The notes beneath the pieces are model-generated. The model was not told where the DNA came from and made no database searches. It was given only the letters and a program-made list of their open reading frames with translations. Position numbers and translations under genes: made by a program. 64,000 nt of DNA from Setoptus koraiensis (lineage: Eukaryota; Animalia; Arthropoda): assembly GCA_048013815.1 (NCBI GenBank), contig CM106585.1, positions 6,262,001 to 6,326,000 on the forward strand, given 5' to 3'. Positions 1 to 8,679 of this stretch are shown here, in pieces (within the stretch, counting starts at the first letter, position 1; every line of letters starts with the position of its first letter).

Positions 1-2
1 AC

Positions 3-320
3 TCGGGCGCCGGGCCGCCGCTTGCGGCGGCCGGACTGAGCGGGCGGCCGCCACAAGCGCGCCGAGCGGCTCGGCGCACCGTTAGCCCGTCTCGACAACA
101 GTTACAACGTTGCGACAAGTTGCCGCCGCCGCCGCTGCTGTCGCGACAACAACAACAACAGCGGCAACCACAACAGCAACAACAGCGCGACAACAGCGGC
201 ACCGACTGCAACAAGAACAACAACAACAACATCGACAACAACAACAACAGTTGCAACCACAACAACAACAGCCACTGCAGCCTTTGTTTGTCGCCAACCA
301 GCAGTCGGTCTTGCCAATAA
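3..320 (+). CDS. Possible 3' end (terminal exon) of a gene entering from the left; Q/N-rich low-complexity C-terminus
   Basis: Frame +3 is open from the window edge to TAA at 318-320 (...DKLPPPPLLSRQQQQQ...NNNNSHCSLCLSPTSSRSCQ*). It is followed by an abrupt AT-rich, TATTTA-containing stretch (about 390-660) resembling a 3'UTR. No recognisable domain. Confidence 0.3.
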   Translation, partial: SGAGPPLAAAGLSGRPPQARRAARRTVSPSRQQLQRCDKLPPPPLLSRQQQQQRQPQQQQQRDNSGTDCNKNNNNNIDNNNNSCNHNNNSHCSLCLSPTSSRSCQ

Positions 321-990
321 TAGAAGCCGCCGAGAACAGCTGCTCGTTATCGCGCGCTCAAATCTGTATCAATGCGAGCTTGTGTGTGTCGCTATTTATA
401 TTTATACTATTTATATTTTGTTTATACACAGTGTGCGATATGAGTGTGTGATATATGGAGTAGCGAGTGTGAGATTTGTTTGTAACGAGACGTATTTATA
501 ATAATATATTTGTAATATAGTTATAATATGGCCGTAATCTAGTTATCACAGTCTAGGTATGCTCGCCAAGCGATGCAAGATAATGCGCGATTCATACTTG
601 TGTTTATGCCAGTGTTTATGGCAGTGTTTATACTTGCATTTATGCTGGATATCTTGATTATTACTTGATTTCGCTCTCATTTTTATTGCCACTGTCATTG
701 CCACCGCCAGCGATACCGTTTGTCAACTGGCTGGCAGCTTATAATTGCTGGCAGCTACCACTTGTTAGACAATAACAGCAGCAACCTGTTCAACTGTTGC
801 ACTGTTCACTGTGCTATAACGGTGATATATGGCCGATTGGCATTGGCCAGACAACAACTCTGTCACACACACACACACACTGTCGAGATTTGAGATATCA
901 CAGACACACTGTTGAGATGTCAGACACACACAGGTGATAACGGTTAAATTGCACTCGTTTAAATTGTATCACCGGCAGCCAGCCAACGAG

Positions 991-1043
991 CTAACCAACT
1001 AACGAGCTAGCTAACTGGCCAACTAACTAACTGTCTAGCTAAC
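991..1043 (+). repeat. Cluster of six CTAAC motifs
   Basis: CTAAC at 991, 999, 1011, 1023, 1027 and 1039. Confidence 0.85.
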
Positions 1044-1051
1044 CAACTTGC

Positions 1052-1119
1052 CAGCCAGCTGATCGGGACAGCCAGCTGATTGGGACAGCCAGCTGATCGG
1101 GCCAGCCAGCTGATCGGGC
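1052..1119. repeat. 17-bp tandem repeat CAGCCAGCTGATCGGGA x4
   Basis: Units start at 1052, 1069, 1086 and 1103; each contains the E-box CAGCTG. Confidence 0.95.
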
Positions 1120-1555
1120 TAGCCAAAGCGGACCGTTCAGACGACCGTCGCTTGATTGACATTCAACGTCGTATGTTTACAGTGCAGCCGCCGGCACGAC
1201 TTGCACGGGCACCGCAACGGTCACCCTAACGGGCGCCGCAGTGGGCACTGCAATGGGCACCACGGCTCTGGCGGGATTTTGCGACGCTGCCCAGCGGCAC
1301 CCAATCTGTCGTGTAATAATAACAGTGATAACGACAGCAGTAAAACAACAATGATGATGGCACGATATTCAACAGTGATATTTTATAATTATTGCAGGCT
1401 CATTACAGTTTTACTAGCGCTTCGCTGGCGTGACTTCAGTCAGCCGCCGGTCGGTCCTCGCGAACGATCGAACGGGGTCTCGAATAGAACATATCACAGC
1501 ACATTATTATGTCATGACTGGGCCGGCATCCGGTCGCGCGATCGTAGCTCAAAGT

Positions 1556-1575
1556 CCGCAGCCCGCGGGCTGCGG
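1556..1575. repeat. Perfect 20-bp palindrome CCGCAGCCCGCGGGCTGCGG
   Basis: Base-by-base self-complementary, no spacer. Confidence 0.95.
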
Positions 1576-1794
1576 GCCACAGCGCGTCAAGGTCAGCGCG
1601 CCTTATCGCTGATGAATGGTCAGTGATAAGTTGATGGGCGGCCCGGCCTCTGGTTGCCGTAGAGTCTGGTGGCGCAATCGCGAGCCCACTCTCGTTATGT
1701 CATCATCGCGCTGTCGTGATGAGCGAACGATGGGCAAGTTACGCAATATGGGCACACGAGCGACGAATCGCGCAATTTAACTGAGCGGCCCAAC

Positions 1795-1836
1795 GAATGG
1801 CCGCGTGAATGGCCGCACGAATGGCCGCATGAATGG
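1795..1836. repeat. 12-bp tandem repeat GAATGGCCGCRY x3.5
   Basis: Units at 1795, 1807, 1819 and 1831. Confidence 0.9.
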
Positions 1837-3115
1837 CGCTGACCATTCAGTTGAATTCGGCCGGGTTCGGCTGGATTCAGTTGAGTTCGGTCGAATCGAG
1901 TTTGAATCGAATTGAGCCAGCTTGGCCAGTGGCCAGCAACTTGTTTGGCGCAAGTGAGCCGAGGAAGCCAAAGTTGAACGATGCTCGTGTCGTCTCTCAA
2001 ACAAATTGAGAGGCCAACCATTGAGAGCGCCTGACAGCCAGTCGGGCAAACAACAATGACGCAACGATGACCAGCCAGGCCATAAACATTCGGACACTGT
2101 CACTAGTTGCGCAATTTGCAACAATGACCAGCAGCAGCTGCACAGAAACGTGTGCTCGCTTGTGCAGCGATTATGTAATCAAACATAATCAAATCAGTGT
2201 CAGAGTCGAGAGTGTCCGGCTCGTTAGTTGCATGACAGCCGCCGGTTGGCATTATCCCAAAGTTACACGTGCCACTTTTACTAGGGGGCGCCCAGTGTGC
2301 GGCCACTATATATACGCCAGTATATGGCCACTTTATGGCAGTGAGCGCAGTGTTGCGGTTGCGGCCACACGAGGCGCTCATTAATCTAATTACTGGCCGA
2401 GCGTCGTGCTCGTTCGGTTGGTTGTCGTTGCCGGCGCTGCTGGCCGCGTAACGAGCGGCGCCGCGAGGCCCAACCTCGGGCCGGCTCGCTGGGCGGCCCC
2501 GCAAGCGGCGACAGCAACAACGACGACGCATGCCGCCAAACAATCGACTGGTCGGACACAACAACAAGTTGCGCAACGGGCAAGCCACTCGCCGCTGTTG
2601 TTGCTGTTGTTGTTGCCGCTGTTGTTGCTGTTGCCGTTGTTGTTGCTGTTGTTACCTTGACGGCAACAACGACGACGACATTGACGCCGAGGCATCCTTG
2701 GCTCTGTGCCAGTGGCGCTGCGAGCTGTGCCGCAAGTGGTCCACCTTGGCAGCGGCAGCAGTCGCATAGGCTGCTCATTAGTGCAGACTACTTATTACAC
2801 TTATTAGCGATGTGAACAGGTGAACCTGTCGACGTAATTGAATCGCATACACACAAAATATAACTAACCGGCTTGCCGGCTCACAATGGCACCATTGAAT
2901 GGTGCGTAATTGATCCGATCTTATTTAATGTGATTTAATGTGATTGATTAGCAGCGACAACAATTGAATGGATACGACTTTACAAATTATCTCATTTAGT
3001 TGCTCTTGCAAAAGCTCATTACTGTCCCATTCAGGGTCGGCGCTTGCTGCTGCCGGCGCAACTACATCCACACCGCTACATCGACGCCACTTGTCTGGCT
3101 GCAACCATGGGCCAT

Positions 3116-3250
3116 ATCTCACGCAATATCTCACAATATCTCACAATATCTCACAAAATTTATCACAATATTTCGCAAAATTTATCACAAAATTTATCAC
3201 GAAATTTATCACGAAATTTATCACGAAATTTATCACGAAATTTATCACAC
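3116..3250. repeat. Compound tandem repeat: 10-bp CAATATCTCA x3 grading into 12-bp AAATTTATCACG array
   Basis: TTATCA (TGATAA on the minus strand) at 3160, 3182, 3194, 3206, 3218, 3230 and 3242. Confidence 0.95.
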
Positions 3251-4589
3251 AATTCATCGTGATATGTGACATATATGCACAAATATGCGAGCGCAGATAG
3301 CAAACAAGTTGGCCGATGTAAATTGCGATGCAAGCAACAAAACAAGCGACAGTGGCCGCCAGCACCGACCAGCGCCCCTGGTGGTCGGTGCTCGCCGCGC
3401 TCACAACGATGCCGATGATGAATCGCCGGTGCGCTCGGGCAATTCATTAACTTGATGACATCAAGTGAATGTTTGAATGTAAATATGCAAATATATGAAT
3501 ATTCAAATATTCACGCCACTGGAGAGCCATTGATCGATCGGCCCGACACTCTCGATCTCAGAGCTACTTTTTTTTTCGCTTGGCGGGCCACCGGTGAGGC
3601 CCGCAACTGTGCGAGCGCGGGTTCCGCTCAACCGAAATGCGATACGTCGACTGTGCCGCTGACCGTTGCGCCGGCCGCTGTTGGCCGCGAGCGGAATTTT
3701 GTCCGCTTTTGAAAACATCATCATCAGCAACAACAACAACAACAGCAACGACAACAGCAACCGCGACAACAACAACAGCGGCATCGCCAGGGACAGCGAC
3801 CTCAAACAACAACGAAATGACCGCCAACAATGACAACTAATGCCATCGATTACAAGCGATTGAGCCGATGCAACTGGGGCCATTGTGACCAATGCGTCAC
3901 AATGCGTCACCTGAACCATATTGCTGGCCCGTTGGCCCGTTTGGCCGGCTGACAAACAATCGAGATGAGCGAGCGTTTTATTTGCGCCCCTATAATATGA
4001 TGCTGGCGACTATACAGTATATATAGTATAATGGATGCCGGGTCCGCGGGCCGACGCAGCCGTGCCGCCGACCGATGGCGCGCATCCGGCGCTCGCCCAC
4101 AGCACCGACCGGTGGCCCGCGTTGACCAGTGCTGAGTCGTTGAGCCGGGCCGGCCCGGGCCGCGCCGCGCCGGACAACGGACATCGGTCAGTGTGTCGCT
4201 GTGCCTGACTGTGCGCTGCAACGGGCTCACCTGTGCGCCCGGCCGCGCCACATGCAATGCGTGCGCGATGGGCGCAACGGCGGTTGCGGGCACATCGGGC
4301 ACGGAAATCACGCCAAGATTGTCGGGCAGCAAATTGTTGCTCGCCCGAGTATAGGCCCGCTCGGCGCACGTTGCACGTTTATAGTTTTGAGAGGGGTGCA
4401 CGAAAACGACGCCGACGGCGGGCTGTTATGTCAAGGGCACACGCGCGCTCGCAATGACAAAACTCAATCCGTGCTCGCGTTCGCTGCGAAGCGTTCGCAG
4501 CGTTCGCGACGCTCGGAGTGCCTGTGCAGCCATTCGCATGGGCGCCAGTGGTGCTATGCTGACCATTCAGGTGACGCGAATGACCGACA

Positions 4590-4670
4590 CAACAGCAACA
4601 GCGGCAACAACAACAGCGACAGCAACAACAACAGCGACAGCAACAACAACAGCGACAGCAACAACAACAA
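4590..4670. repeat. AAC/AGC-derived 18-bp repeat GCAACAACAACAGCGACA x3+
   Basis: Units at 4604, 4622 and 4640, plus a partial unit at 4658. Confidence 0.9.
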
Positions 4671-5240
4671 TGGCGAGCAGTAACTGTAACAATGGCACGA
4701 CAGCGAGTGATAGTGATAGCGCAACGCAAAACGTGCAGCGCACCACAGTAACCTCTGCACAGCGCACATTGACCGCCCACTTCCGGCCGGAAATGACTGT
4801 GCAGAACTGTTGCCGCTTCTCTAATTTCTGCAGGCTCTCCTCTCGTGCTGCTCGTGTTACTGTAGCGTCCGAACACTGTTACATCGGCGCGTTGGAACGT
4901 TCGCGACTCGCAACGTTCGCGGCCTCGAACGTTCGCTGCTTCGAATGCGCACAATTGCACACACTCGCGCTACAGTAACATTCGATTCGAACGATGCGAA
5001 CCGTTCGAATTGGACGAGCCGACGTTGCGATGCAACGGCGGCACGAGAACAATGCAACCAAGCGGGGCCCCAAACGCCGATCAACCGGTGGCGAACGTGC
5101 AGCGATCGCGTGCGCGCTGTCGGCCCGTGTGATCGCCCGACAGCGGCGAGCGATGCGGTGGGTGTGCAACACGTGCTCGGCAGCGCGCGGTGGTGCCCAT
5201 ACAACAGCGCACGCTCGCTTCGTGCGGTCAGTTGCGCTCG

Positions 5241-5307
5241 AGTTGGCGCAAAGTCGAGCGCCCGCCCGATGATCGACTTTGCGCCGACTTTGCGCCGACT
5301 TTGCGCC
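5241..5307. repeat. 17-bp inverted repeat whose right arm is also tandemly triplicated (ACTTTGCGCCG)
   Basis: 5241-5257 pairs with 5273-5289 (16 Watson-Crick + 1 U.G on +). The 11-bp unit recurs at 5276, 5287 and 5298. Confidence 0.9.
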
Positions 5308-5542
5308 AATTGTGCACCGCCTAACGGGACCTATGGCGACCGGGGCCCTCGCCCGCTATCGCGCTACCGGCGCCTCCGTTTGCGAATCGCGCCACAGCGG
5401 CGATTGCGTCACACGAGGTATCGAGGCCAGTGATTACGCAATACTAGGTATCGAGGCTAGTGTCGGTCAAGAGTGCAATCGTGCAACACTGGACGCTGTC
5501 TGCCAGTCTAGCGACAAAACAAAAGGTGATGCGGCGATCGTT

Positions 5543-5617
5543 GGCGCAGCCGGCACAATCGGCGCAGTCGGCACAATCCGCACAATCGGCACAATCTGCA
5601 CAATCGGCACAATCGGC
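5543..5617. repeat. 9-bp tandem repeat GGCACAATC x8
   Basis: Units every 9 bp from 5543 to 5606, with minor variants. Confidence 0.95.
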
Positions 5618-5911
5618 CCGACGCCGGTGCGCAACGGTTTTGTCGGTGTCGCCCTGCAAGCTCACGATTAATCGCGACTCGATGAGACAACTGAACAACA
5701 GTAATCGACTGGCCTGTGACAGTTGCTGCAGCTTGCGCGAACAAAAGACATCGCACGGCGCGCCAGAGCAGAGAGAGCGAGCGAGCGAGCAACGACGATT
5801 GCCGCACTTCCGGTGCGCTAAGCAAACAAGGCCAATATTTGCTTAGCGCACGATTTGTTTGCCCCGGGCGGCCACTTGCCGCTTGGCGCCATTAATTAGC
5901 CGTCCCAGTGA

Positions 5912-5983
5912 GCGGCCCCATTGTCCGGCCCGACGTGCGGCCCCATTGTCCGGCCCGACGTGCGGCCCCATTGTCCGGCCCGC
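5912..5983. repeat. 25-bp tandem repeat GCGGCCCCATTGTCCGGCCCGACGT x2.9
   Basis: Units at 5912, 5937 and 5962. Confidence 0.95.
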
Positions 5984-8215
5984 GACTGTGCGGCGCGGAT
6001 CGCGATCATGCGGCACTGGCACGAGCCGGTCAGTTTGCGAGTGCTGCAGCACCGTTTGTTCACAAAGTGCCAGTGTACGCCGCCGCACAGCGTTGCGTAA
6101 TGCGCCAAAACGACGATAAAATGTGCCAATGACAATGAGCGCGCGCGTTGCATCATTGATTTGTCATTACAACATGTCAGTTGATGCGCATGATAAACAA
6201 GCCAAAAGGCCGGCGCAACAAGTGGCCCCTCTCATACGAACACGCATACAATTTGGGTATATACACAGTAGTTGCCGTCTATCTCCAGTTATTGCTTCCA
6301 TTGTCCATTCTCCCATTGTGGGCACACTTTTCGCTGCGCCCCTCTCACTGTTGCGCTGCGCTCACGGTTTGCGTGCCGGAAGTGGCCTCGCGGGGCCCGC
6401 GGGCGGCAACTGGCGGTGCGCAATTGCGCAACAGTTGCCGATTGTGTTTGCACTGGCCTGTCGACCGGCGTAAGCCGATTTTATTGTTGCCGGCTGATTA
6501 TATCATCATGTCAGTGTCAATATTTGATCCCATTATTGGCGACCATTCTTTTGTAGCGATTCCTTTCCATTGTGTTCGTCGCTCTGGCCGGCGCCCGTTC
6601 TTTGCAGGCCGGCGCCCGTTCTTTGCTGAGCGGGCGCTCAAGTCGCCGGTGGCGACTCTGAAAATAACGTCTTACTCGTGTTTGCAATTGCTTCTTTTTA
6701 ATCTCTAATCTGTCGGGCGAAATCTTCAAACTGGCTTCTGTCGTTGTCGGCATCGGGCGGCATCGCGCGGCGTTGCGCAGCATCGCGCAGCAGCGCACAG
6801 AATCGCACAAAATCGCCTGTCGGGTGTCATTCACGTGTCGCACGCCGCCCGGGTAAGCCCGTGATTGAGAGATGATTGTCGTGTTATGTAATGAACGAGA
6901 AACGGAACAGCGCCGCTTCCTGCTGGCCCCGGTGGCCCGCAGTGAGCGGCTGCTCGCCGGTAGCTCGCGGGCACGTCGGTGGCGACTCGCGGCGAGCGGT
7001 CGCGTCGGGCCACTTTCGCTCGTTTCGGCCGCTCCAAACCGATTAAATCGTGCTCTAAGTTGCGTTACATTGGGCCGGCGGCTCGGAAGTGGTCAGCGCG
7101 AGGGCCCGCGGTTGCGCCGCTTGCGCCACTCGCACCGCTTGCGCCACTTGCGCCATTACGCGACTTGCGCCGCTCGCGGGCCGCCGCCCGGTTCCGACCC
7201 GCGACCGATCGACGAGCAGCGGCAGCGACTCACTGCGGACCGCTGCCGCAGTTCAATTCGGCTGTTGTGAGCATTAAACAAAGCGCATGATTAGCGCAAT
7301 CACGGTGATCGATGACGTCACGATTGTCACGGCCACTGCATACCTGTTGACACGGTCGCCTCAGCGCGCTGTTATGATGCGCCAGTGGCCATCACGGCCA
7401 CAGTAGCATGGCAACAGCTGATCGCCGGTACGGTGGAGCGCGGTGTACGGGCATGGAGCGGGCCAACGATCGATCATCGGGCCGCAGACAGGCGAACAAT
7501 GTCAATGGCTCGATTGTCTCGCTTGGAGTGGCCTGTCGTCGCCCTTGACAGCGGCAACACACAATGTGTGAGAACTGACCACTTGTTGCCGGCGCGACCC
7601 GAGCGATTTGCAACGAGCAATGGGCTCACTCGCCACAAATGGGTGCCGTCTTTGCGTCTGTTGCGCAATGGACACTGTCGACGGGCAACAGCTACCAATT
7701 GGTGGGCTGACAACAAAACGCTTCACTAGCTTCGCTCGTCGGACGGCACCCGCCAAACAAGCCACAGCCGCTCACCTGGTTGCCATGTCAGCACACAAAC
7801 AACAGACAAATTACTTTGTTGCGTCATTTTGCCATTGGCCGCCGTTGCGTCATCGAGTTATTGTGTCATTGCTTCGTCGTCGAGTTGTTGCGTCATTGCT
7901 TCGTCGTCGAGTTGTTGCGTCATCTCGAGAGTCGATCGCGCGGCGTCGTCGTCGTCGGTGGGTCAGCCGATGCGCCGGTCAGTGCGATATTGGCCTGCAA
8001 TACCTGGCATCACCTGTTGCTATGTGCTGTTGTGTTTGTGTGTGTGTGTCGGTGTGCGTGTGTGTGTGTGTGAGCACGGCCGTCACCAATCGCGCAATTA
8101 CATTCACAATCACCAAACATAACACTGGCGCCAGCGATGCTGCCGACCGACTGACCATCGCAGCGGCAGCGGCCGCGGCACCGATTGCGCAACGCTGCCC
8201 GTCACACACTTAGCA

Positions 8216-8243
8216 CAGGTGAGCTCAGGTGAGCGCAGGTGAG
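8216..8243 (+). repeat. 10-bp tandem repeat of CAGGTGAG x3 (5' splice-site-like / CAGGTG E-box)
   Basis: caggtgagct caggtgagcg caggtgagcc; GT dinucleotides at 8219, 8229 and 8239. Confidence 0.85.
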
Positions 8244-8533
8244 CCACGGTGCGCCGTCCAAAGTCACTGTGTGTGTGTGTGTGTGTGTCTATCCAAATCT
8301 AATTAGGCTCGCTTATTACGCCGGCCATTAGTGGCTGTCGGCTTTTTTGCGGCGCGCGCCTTGGATGTTGGCAGCCTCTAATCTCGGCGTTCCGACACTG
8401 ACGCGCCGATCGTCTTGTGTGCGCCATTGTTGCGCAATTACGTCAACGGCAGCCGGAAGAGCCGCCGATTGTGTCGGGCAGCGCGCCTGGCTTATCGCGG
8501 CGCCCGATCTGGCCGCTCCGACCGTGCGTCGGT

Positions 8534-8600
8534 GTCGGCCAGTGGTCGGCCAGTAGTCGGCCAGTAGTCGGCCAGTGGTCGGCCAGCGTGGTCGGCCAGT
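8534..8600. repeat. 11-bp tandem repeat GTCGGCCAGTR x5-6
   Basis: Directly visible: gtcggccagtg/gtcggccagta array. Confidence 0.9.
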
Positions 8601-8647
8601 GTTGTCGGCGACACTGGCGCGAGAGCAACGCACTGCGACTGCCCGAG

Positions 8648-8679
8648 CGACGCCCGGAGCTCGCGAGCTCCGGGCGTCG
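8648..8679. repeat. Perfect 32-bp palindrome CGACGCCCGGAGCTCGCGAGCTCCGGGCGTCG
   Basis: All 16 pairs checked. The ORF track reads the same peptides (RRPELASSGRR, TPGARELRAS) on both strands here. Confidence 0.97.

Noticed and set aside
82-451. ORFs such as 110-451 with poly-T/Q and a hydrophobic C-terminus
   Set aside because: Alternative frames of an AAC microsatellite; the hydrophobic end is simply AT-rich UTR-like sequence.
544-566. TATCACAG start resembling miR-2/13-family mature sequences (also at 1492)
   Set aside because: Only the seed matches; there is no complementary arm within hairpin distance.
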